Shown in pieces: positions 28,778 to 37,284 of a stretch of 64,000 nucleotides of DNA. The DNA is from Corallococcus interemptor (GTDB lineage: Bacteria; Myxococcota; Myxococcia; Myxococcales; Myxococcaceae). A program made the position numbers and the translations under genes. The stretch is from the NCBI RefSeq assembly GCF_042231085.1, contig NZ_CP102579.1; one strand, given 5' to 3'. Below the pieces are notes generated by a model. It did not search any database. It was not told where the DNA came from and saw only the letters and a program-made list of their open reading frames with translations. Numbering within the stretch: position 1 is the first letter of the stretch; the number at the start of each line of letters is the position of its first letter.

Positions 28778-29482
28778 ATGAGCCAGCGTCCCCCCAAGAA
28801 GAAGGAAGCGGAGTTCCAGAACAACCCGTTCAAGTCCGCCATCAAGACGCTTCAGGATCAGCAGAAGCAGGAGAAGGAAGCCGCCGCCGCCCAGGCCGCC
28901 GCGAAGAAGAAGGCCGCCGCGCCGAAGCCCACCAAGGCCCCCAAGGCCCGTCCGGAGGACGACGACGTGGGCCTCTTCTTCTCCGCCATGGACGGCGTGC
29001 AGCAGATCACCAACCGCGGGGAGGCCCCCAAGACGAACCCGCGCCTGCCGGAGCTCATCGACGACAACGCGGAGGCGCTCGCGCAGCTCTCCGACCTGGT
29101 CGCCGTGGACGGGCCGCTGTCCTTCACCGGCTCGGACGAGTCCTTCGAGGGCGCCTCCCCCGGCACCGACCCCAACCTGCTGCGCTCGCTGCGCCGGGGC
29201 GACTTCTCCGTGCAGGACCGGCTGGACCTCCACGGGAAGACGCAGCGCGAGGCCCAGGCCGCCGTGGAGCGCTTCCTGTCCGACAGCCGCCGCGCCAAGC
29301 GCCGCTGCGTGCTCATCGTCCACGGGCGCGGTTTGAATTCCAAGGATCAGATCCCGGTGCTCAAGGACGCGGTGAGGGATCTGCTGTCGCAGAAGCGGCT
29401 GGAGCGGATGGTGCTGGCGTTCTCCACTGCCCGTCCGCAGGACGGCGGGGCTGGCGCCGTCTACGTGCTGCTGCGCCGATAG
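28778..29482 (+). CDS. Smr (MutS2 C-terminal-like) domain protein
   Basis: Lys/Ala-rich N-terminus. C-terminal Smr domain LDLHGKTQREAQAAVERFL...CVLIVHGRGLNS. Confidence 0.7.
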   Translation: MSQRPPKKKEAEFQNNPFKSAIKTLQDQQKQEKEAAAAQAAAKKKAAAPKPTKAPKARPEDDDVGLFFSAMDGVQQITNRGEAPKTNPRLPELIDDNAEALAQLSDLVAVDGPLSFTGSDESFEGASPGTDPNLLRSLRRGDFSVQDRLDLHGKTQREAQAAVERFLSDSRRAKRRCVLIVHGRGLNSKDQIPVLKDAVRDLLSQKRLERMVLAFSTARPQDGGAGAVYVLLRR

Positions 29483-29518
29483 CTTTACGCGTGGCCGTGG
29501 CTGTGCATACATGCCGCC

Positions 29519-30511
29519 ATGGTTCGCGACCTCATTGACCTCCACATCCACGTGGGTGGCGCGGTGGCTCCGCACATCCTGTGGTCCATCGCCCACCAGC
29601 AGGGCTTCAAGCTCCCCGTCAAGAACTACTTCGACTTCGTCGAGCTGATCACCTCCCGTCCGGGCAAGGTGGGCAGCCTCGACGACTACCTGAAGATCCT
29701 CCACACCTGGACGGAGAAGATCCAATCGTCTCCCAGCGCCATCGAGCGCTCCGTCTACGAGGTGATTGGCAAGGAGTACCGGGGCAGCCGCGTCACCCAG
29801 ATCGAGCTGCGCTTCAACCCGATGAAGCGCAACCTCTCCAGCGAGCTGGACCTGGACCACATCATCCACGCGGCGCTGCGGGGCATGGACCGCGCGACGC
29901 TGGAGTACGGCGTGAAGGTGGGCCTCATCTTCTGCCTGGCCCGCGAGTTCGACCACAAGCTCAACAGCATCATCGTGGAGAAGGCCATCAAGTACCGCTC
30001 GCGCGGCGTGTACGGCATCGACCTGGCCGGCACGGAGCGCGACGCGATGGAGCACAAGCCCTCGCTCTCCGAGTACGAGGACCTCTACGCCCGCGCGCGC
30101 AAGGGCGGCCTCAAGTGCACCGTGCACACCGGCGAGACGGCCGGCACGGGCGCGGGCGGCCTGATGGCGGCGGTGGAGAGGCTCAAGCCCCACCGCATCG
30201 GCCACGGCATCCGCGCCGCGTACGACGAGTCCGCGATGAAGATTTTGCGTGAGAACAACATCACGCTGGAGCTCTGCCCCACGTCCAACATCCACACCAA
30301 GGCCGTGGAGGGTCTGCAGGAGCTCAAGCACATCATGCAGACGTTCTGGGACCGCAAGGTGAAGTTCACCATCAACACGGACGGCCCCTACCTGCTGGAG
30401 ACGGACATGCGGCGGGAGATTGAGATCGTCGAGTCCAACGGCCTGCTCACCCCCGAGCAGGTGGACCAGGCACTCGCGTGGGCGCGCGAGGCGTCCTTCA
30501 TCCCGGCCTGA
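29519..30511 (+). CDS. adenosine/adenine deaminase family protein
   Basis: N-terminal metal-binding HIHVGG. HTGE motif. C-terminal FTINTDGP (the SLNTDDP equivalent). Confidence 0.8.
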   Translation: MVRDLIDLHIHVGGAVAPHILWSIAHQQGFKLPVKNYFDFVELITSRPGKVGSLDDYLKILHTWTEKIQSSPSAIERSVYEVIGKEYRGSRVTQIELRFNPMKRNLSSELDLDHIIHAALRGMDRATLEYGVKVGLIFCLAREFDHKLNSIIVEKAIKYRSRGVYGIDLAGTERDAMEHKPSLSEYEDLYARARKGGLKCTVHTGETAGTGAGGLMAAVERLKPHRIGHGIRAAYDESAMKILRENNITLELCPTSNIHTKAVEGLQELKHIMQTFWDRKVKFTINTDGPYLLETDMRREIEIVESNGLLTPEQVDQALAWAREASFIPA

Positions 30512-30514
30512 CGC

Positions 30515-31603
30515 ATGTACGGCCTGACTCGCGCATTGCTCTTCAGCCTGCCCCCGGAGCCCGCGCACCGGCTGGGCATGTCGGGGCTCGCGGCCCTGGG
30601 GAAGTGGAACGCCCGCTGCCGCGCCATGCGCGAGCACACGCTGCGCCTGGCGCCCATGGACCTGTCCGTGGAGCTGGCGGGGCTGAAGTTCGCCCACCCG
30701 GTGGCGCTCGCCGCCGGGCTGGACAAGGACGCGGAGGCCGTGGACGGGCTGTTCGCCTGCGGCTTCTCCGCGGTGGAGATCGGCACCGTCACGCCGAAGC
30801 CCCAGCCCGGCAACCCGAAGCCGCGCCTGTTCCGCCTGCCGGAGCACCGCGCGGTCATCAACCGCATGGGCTTCAACAACCACGGCGCGGCCACCGCGGC
30901 GGAGCGCCTCAAGGCCCGCGAGTGGAAGCCCGGCCCGCTGGGCGTGAACATCGGCAAGAACAAGGACACGCCGCTGGAGCGCGCGGTGGACGACTACGTG
31001 GCGTGCGTGGACGCGCTCGCGCCGCTGGGGGACTACGTCGTCGTCAACGCGTCGTCACCCAACACGCCGGGCCTGCGCAAGCTCCAGGAGCCGGAGGCGC
31101 TGTCCGCGCTGCTGCTCGCGGTGCGCGAGCGGATGGACGCCGTGGCCCCGGGCACGCCGCTGTTCCTGAAGATCGCCCCGGACCTCACGCCCGAGGCCGT
31201 GGATGAGGTCGTGGACGTGGCGATGGCGCGCGGGCTGTCCGGGCTCATCGCCACCAACACCACCCTCACCCGCCCCTTCGAGCACAAGCACTCGAAGGAG
31301 GCCGGCGGCCTGTCCGGCGCCCCCGTGCGCGAGCTGTCCAACGCCGTCATCCGCCGCGCGTACCAGCGGAGCCAGGGCGCCCTGCCCCTCATCGGCGTGG
31401 GCGGGGTGTTCACCGCGCAGGACGTCTACGAGAAGCTGCGCGCGGGCGCCACGGTGGTGCAGGTGTACACGGGCTTCATCTACGAGGGCCCGGGCATGGT
31501 GGACCGCATCCTCCCGGAGCTGGGCGCCCTGCTGGCCCGCGACGGCTTCGCCTCCGTGCGCGACGTCATTGGCGTGGACGCTCGCGAGGGCACGCCCGCG
31601 TAG
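30515..31603 (+). CDS. pyrD: dihydroorotate dehydrogenase (quinone), class 2
   Basis: N-terminal membrane-association extension. AAGLDKD, GFSAVEIGTVTPKPQPGNPKPRLFRL, NRMGFNN and NASSPNTPGLR motifs. Confidence 0.9.
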   Translation: MYGLTRALLFSLPPEPAHRLGMSGLAALGKWNARCRAMREHTLRLAPMDLSVELAGLKFAHPVALAAGLDKDAEAVDGLFACGFSAVEIGTVTPKPQPGNPKPRLFRLPEHRAVINRMGFNNHGAATAAERLKAREWKPGPLGVNIGKNKDTPLERAVDDYVACVDALAPLGDYVVVNASSPNTPGLRKLQEPEALSALLLAVRERMDAVAPGTPLFLKIAPDLTPEAVDEVVDVAMARGLSGLIATNTTLTRPFEHKHSKEAGGLSGAPVRELSNAVIRRAYQRSQGALPLIGVGGVFTAQDVYEKLRAGATVVQVYTGFIYEGPGMVDRILPELGALLARDGFASVRDVIGVDAREGTPA

Positions 31604-31678
31604 CCTCCGGTGGCTTCGAGCACGGCCCCCGCGGCGCGGGGCCGGAGGCGATGGACTCCGGCCCGACGCGAGAGCGGC

Positions 31679-32092
31679 TCAGCAACTGATGCAGCTACTG
31701 GCGTAGTTCCGGTATTGGTATTCCGTGTGCGTGTAGTTGCCGGCGTCGTCGTAGCAGGCCCGGTATTGGAATTGATAACGCATCATCCCCAGGTTGGTGT
31801 ACGGGACCGCCACCTGGCCCGAGGGGCACACCGGCGGCCGCTGCTGGGGTCCCTCATCGAGGGACGGAGCCGCGTCGGCCGTCAGCCTCGGCTCACAGAC
31901 CCAGGTGGTCCCACAGATTGAACTGGCCATGCACCGCTCCAGGCCGGTGTCACTCCATCCAACCCATTCACCACACGAGCTCAGCGCGGCCTCGGACGTG
32001 GCCAGCGCCGCCGACTCCTCGGGCGTCATCGCTCCACCGCACGCCGTCAATGCCAGACCCGTGCACAGCAGCAACGCCATTCCAGACTTCAT
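31679..32092 (-). CDS. small cysteine-rich lipoprotein (hypothetical)
   Basis: MKSGMALLLCTGLALTACGG lipobox. ~10 Cys in a 137-aa mature chain, ending CISC. No recognised family. Confidence 0.45.
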   Translation of the reverse strand: MKSGMALLLCTGLALTACGGAMTPEESAALATSEAALSSCGEWVGWSDTGLERCMASSICGTTWVCEPRLTADAAPSLDEGPQQRPPVCPSGQVAVPYTNLGMMRYQFQYRACYDDAGNYTHTEYQYRNYASSCISC

Positions 32093-32283
32093 GGAGGACT
32101 CCTTGTCCCAGGAGGACGCCGGCATGGCGCCCGGCCTTCCGACAAGGCCGCATGTTAGGCAATCCGGATTTCACAGACAAACCAGTTCTGCCTGACGGGA
32201 GTCGTGAGGGTGGAAATGGCCAATGGCAGACATTGCACATCGGGCGCGTGCGCGGGCAAGGGCGGTTGGGTATAGCGGCGCCC

Positions 32284-33246
32284 ATGCCCACCCTCCTCCT
32301 CAGCGCCAGGGATTTGCGCGGCCTCTACACCGTCGAGCTCGGACTGGAAGCCGTCGAGCGTGCGTTCCTGGCCCATGGCCGCGGTGACGCGCTCATGCCC
32401 CCCAAGGTGTACCTGTCCCTGCCGAAGTACGACGGCGACTTCCGCGCCATGCCCGCGTTCCTGGACGGCGCGGCCGGCGTGAAGTGGGTCAACGCCCATC
32501 CCCAGAACCCGCGCAAGCACGGCCTGCCCACGGTGCGCGCCGTGTACGTGCTCAGCGACCCGGACACCGCGTCTCCGCTGGCCATCCTGGACGGCACGCT
32601 GCTCACCGCGTGGCGCACCGGCGCCGCCGGCGGCATCGCGTCCAAGTACCTGGCCCGGAAGCAGCCCCGCACGCTGGGGCTCGTGGGCTGCGGCGTGCAG
32701 GCGCGCGTCCTCATCGACGCGCACCGCGCCCTCTTCGGGGACCTGGAGCTGCTGATGGCGGACGTGTCCTCGCAGGCTGCGGAGGCGCTCCAGAGGGAGA
32801 AGGGCGGCCGCGTGGTGAGCCTCCAGGAGGCCTCCGGCGCGGACATCGTCTGCTCCGCCACGCCCGCGCGCGCCCCGGTGGTCCGCCGTGAGTGGGTCCA
32901 GGCCGGCGCGCACCTCAACGCCATGGGCGCGGACGCCCCCGGCAAGCAGGAGCTGGATCCCCGGCTGCTCGTCGAAGGGCGCGTCTTCATCGACGACGCG
33001 GATCAGGCGCTCCACTCCGGCGAGGTCAACGTCCCGCTCCACGACGGGCTCATCCAGGCCCATCAGCTCGCCGGCACCCTGGGAGAGGTCGTCGCCGGCC
33101 GCAAGCCGGGCCGCACCGGCTCCGAGATCACCGTCTTCGACTCCACGGGCCTCGCCGTGCAGGACGTGGCCCTGGCGCGCGCGCTCTACGACGTCGCCCT
33201 GGCGAAGGGCGTGGGCCAGAAGTTCGACCTGGTCGACGAAGGCTGA
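32284..33246 (+). CDS. ornithine cyclodeaminase / mu-crystallin family protein
   Basis: MPTLLLSARDLRG... NAD-binding LGLVGCGVQARVLIDAH. OCD/mu-crystallin architecture. The start is an internal ATG in frame with the track ORF. Confidence 0.75.
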   Translation: MPTLLLSARDLRGLYTVELGLEAVERAFLAHGRGDALMPPKVYLSLPKYDGDFRAMPAFLDGAAGVKWVNAHPQNPRKHGLPTVRAVYVLSDPDTASPLAILDGTLLTAWRTGAAGGIASKYLARKQPRTLGLVGCGVQARVLIDAHRALFGDLELLMADVSSQAAEALQREKGGRVVSLQEASGADIVCSATPARAPVVRREWVQAGAHLNAMGADAPGKQELDPRLLVEGRVFIDDADQALHSGEVNVPLHDGLIQAHQLAGTLGEVVAGRKPGRTGSEITVFDSTGLAVQDVALARALYDVALAKGVGQKFDLVDEG

Positions 33247-33458
33247 AGCACCCCGACGTCACCCGGAGCGGCGGCGTGAATCCCTCCGCGCAGGAGGTGC
33301 CCGGCGGGAATTCCACGCGCGGGCGTCCGGCGAGAACGGCTCCGCGTCCTCCTGGAACGCAGTCGGGGGGGCGGCGCGGAGGAGCCTCAGCGGAACGGGA
33401 GTGGGGCGCATGACTTGCATTGGGGCCACGCATTCCTCCTGCCCCCGAGGCAAGGCCC

Positions 33459-36400
33459 ATGGCTCCTTCCCCTTCGTCCGCGCGCAGCCTCCAGCCCCCA
33501 CACCCTCGCGAGATCTTCGATCCTGGCGCCGCGGCGCCGGGCCGCCTCTATCAAGGCGCCCGCACCTACCGGCTGCGGACGAAGGACGCGGAGCATCCGC
33601 TCCGCATCACCCTCGTCTTCGATGGGGAGGACAAGCGAGCCCCCTCCCAGCTCCTGGTGGGCCACGTGCAGGTCCCCGCCGGGAGCTGGGGCTTCGCGCA
33701 CCGGAGCGGCACGTTGTATTGGCGCTTCCAGGGGGAGAAGGCCCTGCACGCGGGACGGCTCCTGTTCGAGGAGGGCGGCGCCACCGCCACCGGCTTCGTG
33801 AGCGAAGGGGGCGAACGGCTCCAGGTCACCGCGTCGCTCCCGCCCATCACCTATGAGTGCGCGGTCGCGCAGCAGGTGGGGGGCTACGTCACCGGCCAGC
33901 CTCCCGCGCTGCAGCTCCACTGCGACACCACCAGCCCGTCGTGGAGCCACGCGACGTGGGTGCCGTCCGCCTTCCAGTTCACCTACCAGATGCAGCAGCA
34001 GATCATCGTCGGGCAGGAGTTCTGGAACTTCTACGTTTCCTTCCATGACCTCCAGACCGGCGTGAGCTGGACACCGAAGCAGGGCACCTTCGGGGCCCTG
34101 GTCGACGCCAACATGGTCTTCACGCTCTCGGCCGCCTCGGGCATCGCGCCGCCGGCCGACAACCGCCAGGGCCTGGCGGATCCGGCCGCGCGAGCCATCA
34201 CCACCGTCTTCCCCTTCCAGCTCAGCTTCCAGCTCAGCCCCACCGCGCTCTCGCTCGCCGGGAGCATGCTCACCGTGGTGGACGCGCAGAACGGCGTGGT
34301 GCTCGGCGTCCAGGGGCAGGTGCCGAACCCGTCGGTGGCCGGGTACTACGCGCTCGCTGGCGAAGGGGCCACGGCCTCGTTCGCCGTGCACGAGGGGACG
34401 CTCCATGTCGGTGGGGCACCGGTGCAGGCCGCGCGGCTGCGGGGCAACTCGCTCGGCTTCAGCGGGCTCTCCGCCGCGCAGCAGGCGGCGGGCGGGCTGC
34501 CCGCGGCGGGCACGCTCGAGTTCAGCGATGACGGTTCGCGGGTGCGGCTGGCCGACGGCCGGTCCGGCGCGCGCCTGGGCGCGGACTCGCACGTCGCGCG
34601 CCCCGCGCCCACGGCCAGCACCTCGCCGCTCAACCTCCAGACCCTCGCGCTGATGACCCCCTTCGAGCAGCAAGCCGGTCCGCAGGGCCCGACGTGGGTG
34701 GACGCCGTCCAGCAGGCCTCGATGGCGGACTTCAACCAGCTCCTGCTCTACTTCATGGATCCGCAGTTGCGGCAGACCTACTGGAGCCAGGGCCAGCCCG
34801 TCCTCTCTCCGGAGCTCCAGCGGATCGCGACCCTGGCTCCGCCGGGGAGCTCTCCGGCGGAGTGGTACGGCTCGCTGTCGGTCTCCTTCCTGACCGACGT
34901 GCTCTCCACCTGGGAGCAGCCCGGGGCCGACACGCTCAACGCCCTGCGGGCGCAGACCTGGCTCAAGGAGCAGGTCGCGGCGAGCGACGTGTACCGCGTG
35001 CAGATGCCGGCGCTCTACCAGCTCGAATGGACCCGCCGCTTCCCGGCCATCACCGCCTTCCTCGCGGACCAGCGTGAGAACGCGACGAGCTACGCCTCGC
35101 TCATCGCGAGCGACGCGGCGGCCTGGAAGCAGGAGCTGGCCCAGGAGATCGCGGATCCGGACTCGCTCCAGGCGATGCAGTCCCTGGTGGACAACCTGGC
35201 GGCGACCGCGGCGCAGTCCGGGCTCTACTGGGCCTACGCGTACTTCCGCTACGCCACCCAGCCGGCGGCCTTCACCGAGCTGGGGCTCTTCAGCCTGGAT
35301 CCGGACGGCTCGGCCTTCATGCGCCGCGTCCAGTCGGACATGGCGGTGCTCACCAGCCTGGACCCGAGCACCCTCTTCGCCCAGCAGTACGCGTCCGCCG
35401 TCAACACGATGCTCTACGGGAACGTGGTGCCGTCGCTGGCGGACTACGGCGGCGGCCCCGTCGGGATGGACGGCGCGGTCGCGCTGGTGATGCAGGGCAT
35501 CGTCTCCGACGTCGCGGGGAGCACCGACCCGGCGCTCGTGAGCATTGGCGCCGAGGCGCGGGCCCTGGCCTCGCGGAGCGACCTGCCGGCCCTGGTCGCC
35601 CGCGTGCAGGCCGCCGCTTCTGGCTGCGCGACGGGCGCCAGTTGGTCGACGGCGGCCCCAGTGATGCAAGCGGCGGTGGAGGACGCGGTCGGGACGCTGG
35701 GCGCCCAACTGATCTGCCTGTCGCTCGCGGGCCTCACCACCAGCGCCGTCGTCCACGGGGTGGCAGACTTCACGCCCCCCGAGACCACCGCGCGGGTCGC
35801 CGTGTCGCCAGGGCTCATCGTCGTGGCCGTCAACTACACGGTGCAGGTCGCGGCCGGGGTCGTGAAGTGGGGGGTGATCTTCGCCAACGCGCTCGACAGC
35901 TACGCCACCCCCTGGGTCGCGATGCGCGCGCTCTTCACCACCGACATGCTCGACGCGGCCAACGCCGCCGTCGACACCGGGCTCACCAAGTGGCTCATCG
36001 GCAACCGGATCATCCCCGAGTCGGAGATGTTCGGCTCGATGTTCGACGAGGCGGCGGCCCAGGGCGAGACGGTCGTCACCCGCGTCTTCGGGCGGAACCT
36101 CGATGACTTCGTCGCGCTCCGGCTGGGCGCGGTGTTCGCGCTCGCCAGCCTCATCGCCGGCGCCTTCGCCCTGGCCCACAGCGCCACGGTGGACCAGGAG
36201 GTGGTGGCCGCGCTCAGCGTGACCTCTGGCGCGCTCAACCTCATCGCCACCGCTGGCGGCTGGGCCGCCGACGCGTTCGGCGTCACCGAAATCGGAGGGC
36301 TGGCGGTCTCCTCCCTCTTCAGCGTGTTCAGCGTCCTGTCCATCCTCGCCGCCGTCGCGGGCGTGGTGCTGATGATCGTCCAGTGGTGGAAGGCACGCCC

Positions 36401-37271
36401 GTCACCGGTGCAGAAGTTCGCCACCACTTATGCGCAGCCCGCGGGCTTCTACATGCCCCATGGCAGCGCCATCGACGCGTTCACCGGCTACACGCCCCCG
36501 GGAGGGCTCGCGCGGCTCGGCGTCTCGCTCGCGGTCCCGGACACGAAGGGCGCGGTGCTTCGCGCCGGCGACGACGGCACCCTGGGCAGCGGGCCGCTCG
36601 ACTACAGCCAAGCCACGGTGTTCTTCCCCTCGACGGACGGGCAAGGCCGCTCCCAGCTCGTGGCGCTCATGGGCGGCGGGGACTCGGCGCGCGCCTTCGC
36701 GCTCACGGGCTCCAGCGGTGGGGTGTCCTTCCAGCCGCTCCTCCCGTCCACCGACCCGGCGGCCGCGACGCAGCTCTGGACCATCACCCTGGTGGGGAGC
36801 CCCACGTGGGACGGCGACGCGCCCGAGTCAGGCCCCTTCACGCTCACCCTGTGGGGGACGGACCAGGCGCTGGTCTGGACCGGCCACGGCGTCACGCTCG
36901 GCACGTCCGCTTCGCGGTTCACGCTCCAGCAGCAGCCGATGGCACCCCAGGGGCTGTCGATGAGCAACGCGACGCTCTACACGTTCTCCCAGGGCGTGAG
37001 CTTCATCCCTCGCCTGGCGCAGGCGGGGAGCACGCCCCAGACGTGGGCCATCTCCCCGCCGCTGCCGGCGTTCCTGTCGCTCGATGCCGCGACCGGCGTC
37101 ATCACCGAGCCGCTGAGCGCGCCGCAGCCGCTGCCGGTGACCCCGGCGGCGACCTACGTCCTGTCCGTCACGAACCCGCTGCTCACCCGCCCCCTCCAGA
37201 CGACGTTCGCCCTCCAGGTGCTGCCGGCGCCCTCCAGCACCGGGACCGGGCTCGTCGCGCTCGCCGTCTGA
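33459..37271 (+). CDS. giant hypothetical protein A (putative pore-forming/toxin-like; hydrophobic helical core + C-terminal He_PIG/dystroglycan-type Ig motif)
   Basis: ATG 33459 with GAGG RBS. 1270 aa with no signal peptide. Long paralogy with the 39744 gene (YECAVAQQ.../YDCAVALD..., DFNQLLLYFMDPQLRQTYW.../DFNQVMMYYLPSNLRQTYF..., GLYWAYAYFRY). Helix-rich hydrophobic region ~aa 780-1000. C-terminal PPLPAFLSLDAATGVITEP motif. Confidence 0.7.
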   Translation: MAPSPSSARSLQPPHPREIFDPGAAAPGRLYQGARTYRLRTKDAEHPLRITLVFDGEDKRAPSQLLVGHVQVPAGSWGFAHRSGTLYWRFQGEKALHAGRLLFEEGGATATGFVSEGGERLQVTASLPPITYECAVAQQVGGYVTGQPPALQLHCDTTSPSWSHATWVPSAFQFTYQMQQQIIVGQEFWNFYVSFHDLQTGVSWTPKQGTFGALVDANMVFTLSAASGIAPPADNRQGLADPAARAITTVFPFQLSFQLSPTALSLAGSMLTVVDAQNGVVLGVQGQVPNPSVAGYYALAGEGATASFAVHEGTLHVGGAPVQAARLRGNSLGFSGLSAAQQAAGGLPAAGTLEFSDDGSRVRLADGRSGARLGADSHVARPAPTASTSPLNLQTLALMTPFEQQAGPQGPTWVDAVQQASMADFNQLLLYFMDPQLRQTYWSQGQPVLSPELQRIATLAPPGSSPAEWYGSLSVSFLTDVLSTWEQPGADTLNALRAQTWLKEQVAASDVYRVQMPALYQLEWTRRFPAITAFLADQRENATSYASLIASDAAAWKQELAQEIADPDSLQAMQSLVDNLAATAAQSGLYWAYAYFRYATQPAAFTELGLFSLDPDGSAFMRRVQSDMAVLTSLDPSTLFAQQYASAVNTMLYGNVVPSLADYGGGPVGMDGAVALVMQGIVSDVAGSTDPALVSIGAEARALASRSDLPALVARVQAAASGCATGASWSTAAPVMQAAVEDAVGTLGAQLICLSLAGLTTSAVVHGVADFTPPETTARVAVSPGLIVVAVNYTVQVAAGVVKWGVIFANALDSYATPWVAMRALFTTDMLDAANAAVDTGLTKWLIGNRIIPESEMFGSMFDEAAAQGETVVTRVFGRNLDDFVALRLGAVFALASLIAGAFALAHSATVDQEVVAALSVTSGALNLIATAGGWAADAFGVTEIGGLAVSSLFSVFSVLSILAAVAGVVLMIVQWWKARPSPVQKFATTYAQPAGFYMPHGSAIDAFTGYTPPGGLARLGVSLAVPDTKGAVLRAGDDGTLGSGPLDYSQATVFFPSTDGQGRSQLVALMGGGDSARAFALTGSSGGVSFQPLLPSTDPAAATQLWTITLVGSPTWDGDAPESGPFTLTLWGTDQALVWTGHGVTLGTSASRFTLQQQPMAPQGLSMSNATLYTFSQGVSFIPRLAQAGSTPQTWAISPPLPAFLSLDAATGVITEPLSAPQPLPVTPAATYVLSVTNPLLTRPLQTTFALQVLPAPSSTGTGLVALAV

Positions 37272-37284
37272 CCCGGAGACCGCC

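Noticed and set aside
33420-33458. TTG start at 33420 for giant protein A
   Set aside because: The ATG at 33459 is preceded by a GAGG RBS at appropriate spacing. The TTG start has none. This is a minor boundary uncertainty only.
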